Sequence record: MZ291552.2
DNA length: 64,000 bases
From: Escherichia phage vB_EcoM-UFV09
Strand: one strand, 5' to 3'
Both the position numbers and the translations under genes were made by a program. This document shows positions 37,978-50,500 of this stretch, one piece after another; position 1 is the stretch's first letter, and every line of letters begins with the position of its first letter. A model generated the notes under the pieces. That model saw nothing but the letters and a program-made list of their open reading frames with translations. It ran no database searches and was not told where the DNA came from.

Positions 37978-38382
37978 TTAACCTTTATCAACAATAGTAT
38001 GTGTATGGGCATTTACGATTTGCCACCAGTCAAAACTATCGCCAAATCGTTTTGATTTATTGTCTTCAATAATTTGGCGTAATTCATCTTCTGTTTCAGC
38101 ATACGCAATCAAATCATCATATCCACCGCAAGGATAGTAATTATCGCCTGCGAACAAAAGAAAATTTACTTTAGATGGGTCTACATAATAATGCTCTTTA
38201 GGATATTTAGTTCCTTTCCAATCAGTTACTTCAACATAACGATAAGAAAATCCATTTTTACTTTCAACCCAACTCCACGCTTCAAAAGGAGTATTAAAAA
38301 CTCTATCAGGTATTAAATTACCTTCAAAATGAGAAGGATTTGCATAATCCCCAGCATAAACATAATATTCGTTAATATTCAT
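37978..38382 (-). CDS. Hypothetical Tyr/Trp-rich acidic protein, 134 aa
   Basis: ORF. Confidence 0.5.
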   Translation of the reverse strand: MNINEYYVYAGDYANPSHFEGNLIPDRVFNTPFEAWSWVESKNGFSYRYVEVTDWKGTKYPKEHYYVDPSKVNFLLFAGDNYYPCGGYDDLIAYAETEDELRQIIEDNKSKRFGDSFDWWQIVNAHTHTIVDKG

Positions 38383-38568
38383 TTATTCACCTTTAGAAAT
38401 TTTATCCATAACAATAGCGATTAAACCAATTAAAAATGCTACTACAAGTGAAAAAACATTTTCTGCTGTAGTCAATAATCCGCATATAAATCCAACAAAC
38501 ATTGAAAAACTAAAAGCGGAAGCAGAAATTGCAATAGCAACATTTCGAATTAATTCACAACGTTTCAT
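38383..38568 (-). CDS. Small two-helix membrane protein, 61 aa
   Basis: Hydrophobic segments; early promoter upstream. Confidence 0.5.
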   Translation of the reverse strand: MKRCELIRNVAIAISASAFSFSMFVGFICGLLTTAENVFSLVVAFLIGLIAIVMDKISKGE

Positions 38569-38596
38569 TTTATTCTCCTCGGTAGTTGATAGGGTA

Positions 38597-38626
38597 ATAG
38601 TATCACAACTAAAACCCTATGTAAAC
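38597..38626 (-). promoter_or_regulatory. Early promoter: GTTTAC -35, TACTAT -10 embedded between 7-bp inverted repeats
   Basis: Minus-strand reading gtttacatagggttttagttgtgatactat. Confidence 0.5.
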
Positions 38627-38644
38627 AACTTTGTGAAATATTTA

Positions 38645-38929
38645 TTACAAAAGATTTTTAGCAATAATTTTAAGCTGAGCTACTGAAATATGCTTGGCTT
38701 TAAACAAAGCAGTTTCTTCAGCAGGGGAGATAACGATTGTAGCACCATCTTTCTTAGCGGACCATCCATCACCCAGGTAAACAGTACCTTTGACTTCTTC
38801 GCCATCAACCAGGCTAATCATCGGTTTACCTTCACGTCCTTTGTTTGCTTTAATAACTTCAGAAGTAAGGGTCGCTTCAGTCAAAGTAGAAGCGTTAGTG
38901 GTTGAAGTGAATTCTTGATAAGTTTTCAT
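38645..38929 (-). CDS. ipI: Internal protein I (injected anti-restriction protein) with a divergent capsid-targeting region
   Basis: 94 aa; residues about 17 to the end near-identical to T4 IPI as recalled (LTEATLTSEVIKANKGREGKPMISLVDGEE...). Confidence 0.85.
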   Translation of the reverse strand: MKTYQEFTSTTNASTLTEATLTSEVIKANKGREGKPMISLVDGEEVKGTVYLGDGWSAKKDGATIVISPAEETALFKAKHISVAQLKIIAKNLL

Positions 38930-38959
38930 TTTATTTTCCTAATTAATTTTGATGAGGTA

Positions 38960-38989
38960 ATAGTATCACTACCTCATCAGCATGTAAAC
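38960..38989 (-). promoter_or_regulatory. Early promoter upstream of ipI: GTTTAC -35, TACTAT -10 inside a perfect 9-bp inverted repeat
   Basis: Minus-strand reading gtttacatgctgatgaggtagtgatactat. Confidence 0.5.
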
Positions 38990-39001
38990 AACTTTGTGAA
39001 A

Positions 39002-39698
<697 letters not shown>

Positions 39699-39699
<1 letters not shown>

Positions 39700-40412
39700 T
39701 ATAGTACCTTTAGTGTATTTTTAATTTTAGAAAAAAGTTCTTCAAGAGAACCATCGTTTGTAATTACTAAATCGCCATCACGAATTGGCAATCCAGCTTC
39801 TGTAATATGTGTATCATTGGATTTTTGACCAGGACGAACTACATGAATTACTGTAGCACCCATCGCCCTAGCCGCATCCATTTCATGATCTTGACGAGTA
39901 TCAGGAACGATATAATAATCATAACCTGAGTTAAATTTATCAAGATAATCTAAAGCAAATAATTTTACCCAATACATGCGGTCGAAGTTATTAACAATCA
40001 AATCCGTACCTAGGGCTTGCATCAGACGACGGACTGACCATTGATCTTCAATATTATTTATAACGTCAGCAATCTTGTTAAATGCTACGAAATTAACTGC
40101 GTCATCAAAAACAAACACACCTTTAATTGGGCTTTTACCATTAAGATAGCAAAATGCTTGTTCCATAATCGTGATTACTTCTAATTTAGTCAGATTTAAA
40201 TTAGTCTCACGATCATAGTCAATTCCTTCAAACTCTTTACGAGTTAAGCAAGGATAGCCAGTGTTTGCTGCAAATACACCCCATGCATAAGCCAATGCAT
40301 CCTTAATAGGACCAGCAAGTTGGTATTTAACTGCAGAATAATTGCTCATGATAAAATCAGCAGTAGTATCTTTTCCACTACGCTTTACACCACTTAAAAA
40401 GATTAGTTTCAT
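39699..40412 (-). CDS. 1: Deoxynucleoside monophosphate kinase
   Basis: P-loop SGVKRSGKDT; start trimmed to MKLIFLSG (about 237 aa). Confidence 0.88.
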
Positions 40413-40461
40413 GTGTTTCTCCTCAAATTTAATTAAGATTATAACACACAAAACTGAAGCA

Positions 40462-40992
40462 TTAAACTTCTGCTATAATTTTTCCATCTTTTTCTACTTG
40501 AAAATAGGTGTAAGGAATCGTTGCAGTACATACTAAAGCCGGGTCTGAATCTTCCGTATAGCTAAATTCTACTTCAGATAGGTCAGAAACCCAAGGCTTA
40601 TAAAAATTTATTGACATCACGATTTCAGTTTTGCTATTATCTAAGATGTAAAGCGTAATGTACTCAGGACCTGTTTTTTGGGCAGTATTTTCACCTGTAA
40701 GATAGTTGCTAGTTCCTAGCATCCATTCATACATTCCTATCCATGACTTAAGTTCTTCATCAACTATAAATCTCACAATGAGTGGATCATACTCAAATGT
40801 AACACCTGGACGTTGTGCTCGGCCCAGTCCAAACGGCCCAGTCACGGTATCAGTAACAGGTATCCTAATTCCCGGAATAGGAACTGACTGAGCATTTAAA
40901 GTAAAAGCAGATGTAGTATTACTATGCGGTATTGATACTACAAAGTTAGTTGTATTTGCTTGGTTAAAAATTTGTTGTAGTGCTTGCGACAT
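40462..40992 (-). CDS. 3: Tail completion / sheath stabilizer protein gp3
   Basis: Start trimmed to MSQALQQIF (176 aa); gene order 1-3-2-4. Confidence 0.85.
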   Translation of the reverse strand: MSQALQQIFNQANTTNFVVSIPHSNTTSAFTLNAQSVPIPGIRIPVTDTVTGPFGLGRAQRPGVTFEYDPLIVRFIVDEELKSWIGMYEWMLGTSNYLTGENTAQKTGPEYITLYILDNSKTEIVMSINFYKPWVSDLSEVEFSYTEDSDPALVCTATIPYTYFQVEKDGKIIAEV

Positions 40993-41098
40993 ATATTCCT
41001 CATAATGCTTCATAAATGTTGGTGGTATAATGGGTCTAAGTCCCTTCCATTCAATTCCAATTAGAACAAACAATAGAAAAGAATGGAAGATAATAGAA

Positions 41099-41923
41099 TT
41101 AAATATTTGACCAGACTTTGTTTGCAGAGAAACGTTTTCCTTTTGAAACGAACTGCTGAAGTGGCATCAACACAACGTTCGCCCAGTCTTTCGGGGCGAT
41201 TTCAACAAGGCTACCCATAATATTACCGGGTATATATGCCTTAATCATTTGGTCTGCACCCCTAAATCCTTTCACTTGACTCCAATCAATTTTTAATTTC
41301 GTTTTATTAGTAATAGTAGGTGTATTTGAGTATTGCTTTAAAAGCTCTTCTAGAAATTGCTGACGAGCTTTAGGTGGAATATAGTGCAAGTTTAATCCGT
41401 ACATTAAATTATGCTTACCTAAACCAAGGTAAATTATCAAAGGAAATTTATCCCAGTAAGGAAGAGTTTCCTTGTGTTTAGCATCATAAGCAAAAGCATA
41501 TATTCGTCCCGGCTGCGGGCGAACAACTTTATGTCCTTTTACTTGCTTAATAGTTTCAGCAAACCATTTTCTGGTTTTATTATTAATTGCTGCGCCTTCA
41601 TTACGAATTTTATCACGCAATGTTTGTCTGAATGAATTTATCATAAGCAGTTGTCTTTCTTGCTTATTGAGCTTATTCATTGGTTTTGATTCAAGCTTTT
41701 GAATCTTTTCAGCTGTTTTAATTCCTGAAGCATATTTTGACATTGCCGAAGTAAACGTAGAGTATTTGATTCCTCTTTCTTCAGCAAATTGTTTTCCTGT
41801 CATTCCTTTTGCTTTGGCCTTTTTATATTCAAGACCTATTTGAATCCATTTCTTTTCGTTTAATGATTGCTTAACCTTTGGAACTTGGGGAGTGCTTTCA
41901 TTAATTATTTGAAAAATAGCCAT
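41099..41923 (-). CDS. 2: DNA end-protector protein gp2
   Basis: 274 aa; basic; position. Confidence 0.85.
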   Translation of the reverse strand: MAIFQIINESTPQVPKVKQSLNEKKWIQIGLEYKKAKAKGMTGKQFAEERGIKYSTFTSAMSKYASGIKTAEKIQKLESKPMNKLNKQERQLLMINSFRQTLRDKIRNEGAAINNKTRKWFAETIKQVKGHKVVRPQPGRIYAFAYDAKHKETLPYWDKFPLIIYLGLGKHNLMYGLNLHYIPPKARQQFLEELLKQYSNTPTITNKTKLKIDWSQVKGFRGADQMIKAYIPGNIMGSLVEIAPKDWANVVLMPLQQFVSKGKRFSANKVWSNI

Positions 41924-42375
41924 TATGCCCCCTTAAAGCCAAGAGCTCGTAATCCATCTTCTGTTAGAATTCTAAATTTTATTCCACGCTTTTCAGCTAA
42001 AGCTTGCGCTGCTTTCCATTTGTCAGTGTTCACAGACCAGGTATAAATTTCATTCATAAATCTTTTCTTCGCTGCGGTTGTTAGATGTGCTGGTTTAACT
42101 GGTGGTTGTGTTTCTTTTTTAGGCTTTATTTCAATAAAAAATTCTTGTCCAGAAGAATCTTTCATCCAAATATCCATGAAGTATCTACGTTTTTTCCCTT
42201 CGGCATTACAAAAATAAGGAATTACTGCTGTTTCACTACCCCATGCAATAATTTCTGGATTTTTATCTAACCATTCAAAAAAGAATTTTTCCCAATTTGA
42301 TCTATACGTAATTTTTTTAGGGTCACCTCTATACTTTGATATATTTTTAGGAACCCATTTTCCAGAATATGCCAT
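41923..42375 (-). CDS. 4: Head completion protein gp4
   Basis: 150 aa; position; late promoter upstream. Confidence 0.85.
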   Translation of the reverse strand: MAYSGKWVPKNISKYRGDPKKITYRSNWEKFFFEWLDKNPEIIAWGSETAVIPYFCNAEGKKRRYFMDIWMKDSSGQEFFIEIKPKKETQPPVKPAHLTTAAKKRFMNEIYTWSVNTDKWKAAQALAEKRGIKFRILTEDGLRALGFKGA

Positions 42376-42386
42376 TGGATTCTCCT

Positions 42387-42410
42387 TATAAATAGATAAT
42401 ATATTTATAA
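42387..42410. promoter_or_regulatory. Divergent late promoters: TATAAATA on plus strand (42387-42394, gene 53) and on minus strand (42403-42410, genes 4-2-3)
   Basis: Both octamers read directly in the 47-bp gap between gene 4 and gene 53. Confidence 0.6.
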
Positions 42411-42422
42411 ACAGGAGGGCCC

Positions 42423-43013
42423 ATGCTCTTTACATTTTTTGATCCGATTGAATATGCGGCCAAAACGGTGAATAAAAACGCGCCGACTATTCCTATGACA
42501 GATATTTTTAGAAACTATAAAGACTATTTCAAACGTGCTCTTGCGGGATACCGCTTACGTACTTATTATATTAAAGGTTCACCTCGTCCCGAAGAATTAG
42601 CAAATACTATATATGGAAATCCACAGTTGTATTGGGTTTTATTGATGTGTAATGATAATTATGATCCATATTATGGATGGATTACTTCACAAGAAGCTGC
42701 TTATCAAGCATCTATACAAAAATACAAAAACGTAGGTGGAGACCAAATAGTATATCATGTAAATGAGAACGGTGAAAAATTTTATAATTTAGTATCATAC
42801 GATGATAATCCATATGTTTGGTATGACAAAGGTGATAAAGCTAGAAAATATCCTCAATATGAAGGAGCACTTGCTGCTGTTAATACGTATGAAGCTGCTG
42901 TTCTTGAAAATGAAAAACTTCGTCAAATAAAAATAATAGCAAAATCAGACATCAATTCATTTATGAACGACCTTATACGTATAATGGAGAAATCTTATGG
43001 AAATGATAAGTAA
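42423..43013 (+). CDS. 53: Baseplate wedge protein gp53
   Basis: 196 aa; position before gene 5. Confidence 0.85.
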   Translation: MLFTFFDPIEYAAKTVNKNAPTIPMTDIFRNYKDYFKRALAGYRLRTYYIKGSPRPEELANTIYGNPQLYWVLLMCNDNYDPYYGWITSQEAAYQASIQKYKNVGGDQIVYHVNENGEKFYNLVSYDDNPYVWYDKGDKARKYPQYEGALAAVNTYEAAVLENEKLRQIKIIAKSDINSFMNDLIRIMEKSYGNDK

Positions 43014-44724
43014 TAACCTTAATTGGTTTGTTGGTGTTGTTGAAGATAGAATGGACCCATTAAAATTAGGTCGTGTTCGTGTTCGTGTGGTTGGTCTGCA
43101 TCCACCACAAAGAGCACAAGGTGATGTAATGGGTATTCCAACTGAAAAATTGCCATGGATGTCAGTTATTCAGCCTATAACTTCGGCAGCTATGTCTGGA
43201 ATTGGAGGTTCCGTTACTGGACCGGTAGAAGGAACTAGAGTTTATGGTCATTTTTTGGACAAATGGAAAACTAATGGAATTGTTCTTGGCACGTATGGTG
43301 GAATAGTTCGCGAAAAACCGAATAGACTTGAAGGATTTTCTGACCCGACTGGGCAATATCCTAGACGTTTAGGAAATGATACTAACGTACTAAACCAAGG
43401 CGGAGAAGTAGGATATGATTCGTCTTCTAACATTATCCAAGATAGTAACTTAGACACTGCAATAAATCCTGATGATAGACCACTATCAGAGATTCCAACT
43501 GATGATAATCCAAATATGTCAATGGCTGAAATGCTTCGCCGTGATGAAGGATTAAGACTAAAAGTTTATTGGGATACCGAAGGATATCCGACAATTGGTA
43601 TTGGTCATCTTATCATGAAGCAGCCAGTTCGTGATATGGCTCAAATTAATAAAGTTTTATCGAAACAAGTTGGTCGTGAAATTACTGGAAACCCAGGTTC
43701 TATTACAATGGAAGAAGCGGTAACTTTATTTGAACGCGATTTGGCTGATATGCAACGTGACATTAAATCACATTCTAAAGTAGGACCAGTCTGGCAAGCT
43801 GTCAACCGTTCTCGTCAAATGGCATTAGAAAATATGGCATTTCAGATGGGTGTTGGCGGTGTAGCTAAATTTAACACAATGTTAACTGCTATGTTAGCAG
43901 GAGATTGGGAAAAAGCATATAAAGCTGGTCGTGATTCATTGTGGTATCAACAAACAAAAGGCCGTGCATCCCGTGTTACCATGATTATTCTTACGGGGAA
44001 TTTGGAATCATATGGTGTTGAAGTGAAAACTCCAGCTAGGTCTTTGTCGGCAATGGCTGCTACTGTGGCGAAGTCTTCTGATCCAGCTGACCCTCCTATT
44101 CCAAATGACTCAAGAATTTTATTCAAAGAACCAGTTTCTTCATATAAAGGCGAATATCCTTATGTGCATACAATGGAAACTGAAAGTGGACATATTCAGG
44201 AATTTGATGATACCCCTGGGCAAGAACGATATAGATTAGTTCATCCAACTGGAACTTATGAAGAAGTATCACCGTCAGGGAGAAGAACAAGAAAAACTGT
44301 TGATAATTTGTATGATATAACCAACGCTGATGGTAATTTTTTGGTAGCCGGTGATAAAAAGACTAACGTCGGTGGTTCAGAAATTTATTATAACATGGAT
44401 AATCGTCTTCACCAAATAGATGGAAGCAATACAATATTTGTACGTGGCGATGAAACTAAGACGGTTGAAGGTAATGGAACTATCCTAGTTAAAGGTAATG
44501 TTACTATTGTAGTTGAAGGTAATGCTGACATTACAGTTAAAGGAGATGCTACTACGTTAGTTGAAGGTAATCAAACTAATACAGTAAATGGAAATCTTTC
44601 TTGGAAAGTTGCTGGGACAGTTGATTGGGACGTTGGTGGTGATTGGACAGAAAAAATGGCATCTATGAGTTCTATTTCATCTGGTCAATACACAATTGAT
44701 GGATCGAGGATTGACATTGGCTAA
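42997..44724 (+). CDS. 5: Baseplate hub / cell-puncturing device with lysozyme domain gp5
   Basis: 575 aa; internal lysozyme domain (EMLRRDEGLRLKVYWDTEGYPTIGIGHL); C-terminal VxGxxxxx beta-helix repeats. Confidence 0.93.
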   Translation: MEMISNNLNWFVGVVEDRMDPLKLGRVRVRVVGLHPPQRAQGDVMGIPTEKLPWMSVIQPITSAAMSGIGGSVTGPVEGTRVYGHFLDKWKTNGIVLGTYGGIVREKPNRLEGFSDPTGQYPRRLGNDTNVLNQGGEVGYDSSSNIIQDSNLDTAINPDDRPLSEIPTDDNPNMSMAEMLRRDEGLRLKVYWDTEGYPTIGIGHLIMKQPVRDMAQINKVLSKQVGREITGNPGSITMEEAVTLFERDLADMQRDIKSHSKVGPVWQAVNRSRQMALENMAFQMGVGGVAKFNTMLTAMLAGDWEKAYKAGRDSLWYQQTKGRASRVTMIILTGNLESYGVEVKTPARSLSAMAATVAKSSDPADPPIPNDSRILFKEPVSSYKGEYPYVHTMETESGHIQEFDDTPGQERYRLVHPTGTYEEVSPSGRRTRKTVDNLYDITNADGNFLVAGDKKTNVGGSEIYYNMDNRLHQIDGSNTIFVRGDETKTVEGNGTILVKGNVTIVVEGNADITVKGDATTLVEGNQTNTVNGNLSWKVAGTVDWDVGGDWTEKMASMSSISSGQYTIDGSRIDIG

Positions 44725-45253
44725 TATACTTCCAATGAGCGCTGATTTAGGAGAATCCATGGAAGGTTCTTCTATCGACGTCACCTTTACCGCTCAATTA
44801 GAAACAGGTGAAACGTTAGTATCTATAAATATAACTAGTTACGAAGAAACTCCTGGGGTTTTAGTAGAAGAAAGTCGCTTATATGGAACATATGAATCTG
44901 TATTTGGTTTCGGAAATGACGCGTTGAAATATCGTTTAGGTGATGAATTTAAAACTGCTGCTTCATGGGAAGAACTTCCTACTGATTCTGACACCCAGTT
45001 GTATTTGTGGAAAGCTCCTCAAAATCTCCAGAAGACATTCACTTACGAAGTAACATTAATATATGACTACCAAGAACAAAGTGAATCTGGAGGTTCTGGC
45101 AGTAATTCTAGGTCATCTTCTGATACTACTGAACCGACAGATCCTCCTGCTCCGGTAAGAAAAACTCTAGTTAAAAATTATACTAAAACTATAGTTGGAA
45201 ATTGGAGTCGTTGGGCTAATAAATTAAGAAGCTATGTGTATGAGAGGTCATAG
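44696..45253 (+). CDS. 5.1: gp5.1-like protein
   Basis: 185-aa ORF between 5 and 5.4; start uncertain. Confidence 0.6.
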   Translation: MMDRGLTLANILPMSADLGESMEGSSIDVTFTAQLETGETLVSINITSYEETPGVLVEESRLYGTYESVFGFGNDALKYRLGDEFKTAASWEELPTDSDTQLYLWKAPQNLQKTFTYEVTLIYDYQEQSESGGSGSNSRSSSDTTEPTDPPAPVRKTLVKNYTKTIVGNWSRWANKLRSYVYERS

Positions 45254-45547
45254 ATGTCAGGATTAAGTTATGATAAATGTGTTACTGCTGGTCATGAAGC
45301 ATGGCCTCCAACAGTTGTGAATGCTACACAAAGTAAAGTATTCACTGGAGGAATTGCTGTTCTAATAGCAGGCGATCCAATTACAGAACATACAGAAATC
45401 AAAAAGCCATATGAAACACATGGCGGAGTGACACAACCTAGAACTTCTAAGGTATATGTCACAGGAAAGAAAGCTGTTCAAATGGCTGATCCAATATCAT
45501 GCGGTGATACTGTGGCTCAGGCATCATCTAAAGTATTCATTAAATAG
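45254..45547 (+). CDS. 5.4: PAAR-like spike tip protein gp5.4
   Basis: 97 aa; position. Confidence 0.8.
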   Translation: MSGLSYDKCVTAGHEAWPPTVVNATQSKVFTGGIAVLIAGDPITEHTEIKKPYETHGGVTQPRTSKVYVTGKKAVQMADPISCGDTVAQASSKVFIK

Positions 45548-45555
45548 GATTTAAA

Positions 45556-47538
45556 ATGGCAAATACCCCTGTAAATTATCAATTAACAAGAACAGCAAAT
45601 GCTATTCCCGAGATATTCGTCGGGGGTACGTTTGCTGAAATAAAACAAAACCTCATTGAATGGCTTAATGGCCAAAATGAATTTTTGGATTACGATTTTG
45701 AAGGCTCAAGATTAAACGTTCTGTGCGACCTTTTAGCTTATAATACATTGTACATTCAGCAGTTTGGTAATGCTGCTGTGTATGAAAGCTTTATGCGTAC
45801 TGCTAACTTACGAAGTTCAGTTGTTCAGGCTGCACAAGATAATGGATATTTACCTACTTCAAAATCCGCTGCACAGACCGAAATTATGTTAACGTGTACA
45901 GATGCATTGAATAGAAATTACATTACTATTCCTCGCGGTACTCGCTTTTTAGCATATGCAAAGGATACTTCTGTTAATCCATATAACTTCGTTTCTACCG
46001 AAGACGTTATTGCTATTCGTGATAAAAATAACCAATATTTTCCACGATTAAAATTAGCCCAGGGACGTATAGTAAGAACTGAAATCATTTATGATAAATT
46101 AACACCTATTATCATTTATGACAAAAACATAGATAGAAACCAAGTTAAACTATACGTTGATGGAGCAGAATGGATTAACTGGACAAGAAAGTCAATGGTT
46201 CATGCTGGTTCTACATCAACAATTTACTACATGCGTGAAACTATTGATGGAAACACTGAATTCTATTTTGGCGAAGGTGAAATTTCTGTTAATGCGGCAG
46301 AAGGAGCTCTAACTGCTAACTATATTGGAGGTCTTAAACCTACCCAGAACTCTACTATTGTTATTGAGTACATCAGTACTAACGGTGCAGATGCGAATGG
46401 TGCAGTCGGATTTTCATACGCAGATACATTAACAAATATAACTGTCATCAATATTAACGAAAATCCAAATGATGACCCAGATTTTGTTGGGGCAGATGGC
46501 GGTGGCGATCCAGAAGATATTGAGCGTATTCGCGAATTGGGTACTATTAAACGCGAAACCCAGCAACGCTGCGTAACTGCGACCGACTATGATACATTCG
46601 TCTCAGAAAGATTCGGTTCTATTATTCAAGCTGTTCAGACTTTCACTGATTCTACTAAACCTGGTTATGCATTTATTGCTGCTAAACCTAAATCAGGACT
46701 ATATTTAACTACTGTGCAACGTGAAGATATTAAAAATTATCTCAAAGACTATAATTTAGCGCCTATTACACCGTCAATTATTTCTCCTAATTATCTTTTT
46801 ATTAAGACTAATTTAAAAGTCACATATGCTTTAAATAAACTACAAGAATCCGAACAGTGGCTTGAAGGTCAAATAATTGATAAAATTGATCGCTATTATA
46901 CCGAAGATGTAGAAATTTTTAACTCATCTTTTGCCAAGTCTAAGATGTTAACTTACGTAGATGATGCAGATCATTCTATCATTGGTTCATCAGCGACTAT
47001 TCAAATTGTTCGTGAAGTACAAAACTTCTATAAAACGCCTGAAGCAGGTATTAAATACAATAATCAAATAAAAGATCGTTCTATGGAATCTAATACGTTT
47101 TCATTTAATTCTGGACGAAAGGTTGTAAATCCTGATACCGGTTTAGAAGAAGATGTATTATATGACGTTCGTATAGTATCAACAGACCGAGATTCTAAAG
47201 GAATTGGTAAAGTTATTATTGGTCCATTTGCTTCTGGCGATGTTACAGAAAATGAAAACATTCAGCCGTATACAGGCAACGATTTTAACAAATTAGCAAA
47301 TTCTGATGGACGCGACAAATACTATGTTATCGGTGAAATAAATTATCCAGCTGACATGATTTATTGGAATATCGCTAAAATTAATTTAACATCTGAAAAA
47401 TTTGAAGTTCAGACTATTGAATTATATTCTGACCCAACCGATGATGTTATCTTTACTCGCGATGGTTCACTGATTGTATTTGAAAATGACTTACGTCCAC
47501 AATACTTAACTATCGATTTGGAGCCTATATCACAATGA
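45556..47538 (+). CDS. 6: Baseplate wedge protein gp6
   Basis: 660 aa; position. Confidence 0.9.
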   Translation: MANTPVNYQLTRTANAIPEIFVGGTFAEIKQNLIEWLNGQNEFLDYDFEGSRLNVLCDLLAYNTLYIQQFGNAAVYESFMRTANLRSSVVQAAQDNGYLPTSKSAAQTEIMLTCTDALNRNYITIPRGTRFLAYAKDTSVNPYNFVSTEDVIAIRDKNNQYFPRLKLAQGRIVRTEIIYDKLTPIIIYDKNIDRNQVKLYVDGAEWINWTRKSMVHAGSTSTIYYMRETIDGNTEFYFGEGEISVNAAEGALTANYIGGLKPTQNSTIVIEYISTNGADANGAVGFSYADTLTNITVININENPNDDPDFVGADGGGDPEDIERIRELGTIKRETQQRCVTATDYDTFVSERFGSIIQAVQTFTDSTKPGYAFIAAKPKSGLYLTTVQREDIKNYLKDYNLAPITPSIISPNYLFIKTNLKVTYALNKLQESEQWLEGQIIDKIDRYYTEDVEIFNSSFAKSKMLTYVDDADHSIIGSSATIQIVREVQNFYKTPEAGIKYNNQIKDRSMESNTFSFNSGRKVVNPDTGLEEDVLYDVRIVSTDRDSKGIGKVIIGPFASGDVTENENIQPYTGNDFNKLANSDGRDKYYVIGEINYPADMIYWNIAKINLTSEKFEVQTIELYSDPTDDVIFTRDGSLIVFENDLRPQYLTIDLEPISQ

Positions 47539-50500
47539 CAGTAAAAGCACCTTCAGTCACTAGTCTCAGAATTTCCAAGTTATCCGCTAATCAGGTGCAA
47601 GTACGCTGGGATGACGTTGGTGCTAATTTCTACTATTTTGTAGAAATCGCTGAGACAAAATCAAACTCGGGAAAAAATCTCCCGAGTAATCAATATCGTT
47701 GGATTAATTTAGGATATACAGCAAATAATAGTTTCTTTTTTGATGATGCTGATCCATTGACATCATATGTTATTAGAGTAGCTACAGCTGCGCAAGATTT
47801 TGAGCAGTCTGATTGGATTTATACCGAAGAGTTTGAAACTTTTGCTACAAATGCTTATACATTTCAAAACATGATTGAAATGCAATTAGCCAATAAATTC
47901 ATTCAGGAAAAATTTACTCTTAATAATTCTGATTATGTTAATTTCAATAATGACACAATAATGGCTGCGTTGATGAATGAATCATTTCAGTTCAGCCCAT
48001 CGTATGCTGATGTCTCATCAATCAGTAATTTTATTATTGGTGAAAATGAGTATCATGAAATACAAGGTTCTATTCAGCAAGTATGTAAGGATATTAACCG
48101 AGTTTATTTGATGGAATCAGAAGGAATTCTATATCTTTTTGAGCGCTATCAACCTGTAGTTAAAGTATCCAATGATAAAGGACAAACCTGGAAAGCTGTA
48201 AAGCTCTTCAATGACCGTGTAGGATATCCTTTATCTAAGACTGTATATTACCAATCTGCAAACACAACATACGTTCTAGGATATGATAAGATTTTCTATG
48301 GCCGTAAATCGACTGACGTTAGATGGTCAGCAGATGATGTCAGATTCAGTTCGCAGGATATAACATTTGCTAAATTAGGAGACCAACTTCATTTAGGATT
48401 CGATGTTGAAATCTTCGCTACTTATGCGACTTTACCAGCGAATGTATATCGTATAGCTGAAGCCATCACTTGTACGGATGATTATATCTATGTTGTTGCC
48501 AGAGATAAAGTTAGATATATAAAAACGAGTAATGCACCTATAGATTCTGACCCGTTATCACCAACATACTCGGAAAGACTTTTTGAACCTGATACAATGA
48601 CTATAACTGGAAATCCTAAAGCTGTATGCTATAAAATGGATTCTATCGGTGATAAAGTTTTTGCTCTTATTATTGGTGAAGTTGAAACATTAAATGCTAA
48701 TCCTAGAACATCAAAAATAATTGATTCTGCTGATAAAGGAATATATGTTTTAAATCACGACACAAAAACGTGGAAAAGAGTTTTTGGCAACACCGAAGAA
48801 GAAAGAAGACGTATTCAACCTGGATACGCAAACATGTCAACTGATGGTAAATTAGTTTCTCTGTCTTCGAGTAATTTTAAATTTTTAAGTGATAACATTG
48901 TTAATGACCCTGAAACTGCTGTAAAATACCAGTTAATCGATGCTGTTAAATATGAATTTCCTCGCGAATGGTTAGCTGATAAACATTATCATATGATGGC
49001 GTTTATAGCGGATGAAAAATCTGATTGGGAGACTTTTACTCCTCAACCGATGAAATACTACGCAGAACCGTTCTTTAATTGGTCTAAAAAATCTAACACT
49101 CGTTGTTGGATAAACAACTCTGATAAAGCTGTTGTAGTTTATGCAGATTTGAAATACACCAAAGTTATTGAAAATATTCCAGAAACGTCACCAGATAGAT
49201 TAGTACATGAATACTGGGATGATGGCGATTGCACTATAGTAATGCCAAATGTTAAATTCACTGGATTTAAAAAATACGCATCAGGAATGCTTTTTTATAA
49301 ATCTTCTGGTGAAATAATTTCTTATTATGATTTTAACTATCGTGTGAGAGATACAGTAGAAATTATTTGGAAGCCGACTGAAGTATTTTTAAAAGCATTT
49401 TTACAAAACCAAGAGCGTGAAACTCCTTGGTCACCAGAAGAAGAACGTGGATTAGCTGACCCTGATTTAAGACCATTAATTGGCACAATGATGCCTGATT
49501 CTTATTTGTTACAAGATTCTAATTTTGAGGCATTTTGTGAAGCATATATTCAATATCTTTCTGACGGATATGGAACTCAGTATAACAATTTACGAAATTT
49601 AATTCGTAACCAATATCCACGAGAAGAGCATGCGTGGGAATATTTATGGTCAGAAATATATAAAAGAAACATTTATTTAAATGCTGACAAACGCGATGCT
49701 GTTGCAAGATTTTTTGAATCACGTAGCTATGATTTTTATTCTACTAAAGGAATTGAAGCATCATATAAATTTCTTTTTAAAGTTCTTTATAATGAAGAAG
49801 TTGAAATTGAAATTGAATCGGGAGCAGGTACTGAATATGATGTAATCATTCAATCTGATTCTCTTACAGAAGATTTAGTAGGACAAACTATCTATACTGC
49901 AACTGGAAGATGTAATGTTACTTATATAGAAAGAAGTTATTCTAACGGTAAATTGCAATGGACCGTGACTATACATAATCTTTTGGGGCGGTTAATAGCA
50001 GGACAAGAAGTTAAAGCAGAAAGACTTCCGGGCTTTGAAGGCGAAATTATTCGTGGGGTTAAAGGAAAAGATTTGCTTCAAAATAATATAGACTATATTA
50101 ATAGAAGTAGATCATATTATGTAATGAAAATTAAATCCAATTTACCTTCTTCCCGCTGGAAATCTGACGTTATTCGTTTTGTTCACCCAGTAGGATTTGG
50201 ATTTATAGCAATCACGCTTTTAACTATGTTTATTAATGTCGGTTTAACTCTTAAACACACAGAGACAATAATTAATAAATATAAAAACTACAAATGGGAT
50301 TCTGGATTACCTACTGAATACGCAGACCGTGTAGCTAAATTGACTCCTACCGGTGAAATTGAACATGATTCAGTAACGGGTGAAGCAATTTATGAACCTG
50401 GTCCAATGTCCGGTATAGAATATCCTCTTCCTGGCGACTATAATACCGAAAATAATAATTCAGTATTTCAAGGTCAATTGCCGTCTGAACGACGTAAATT

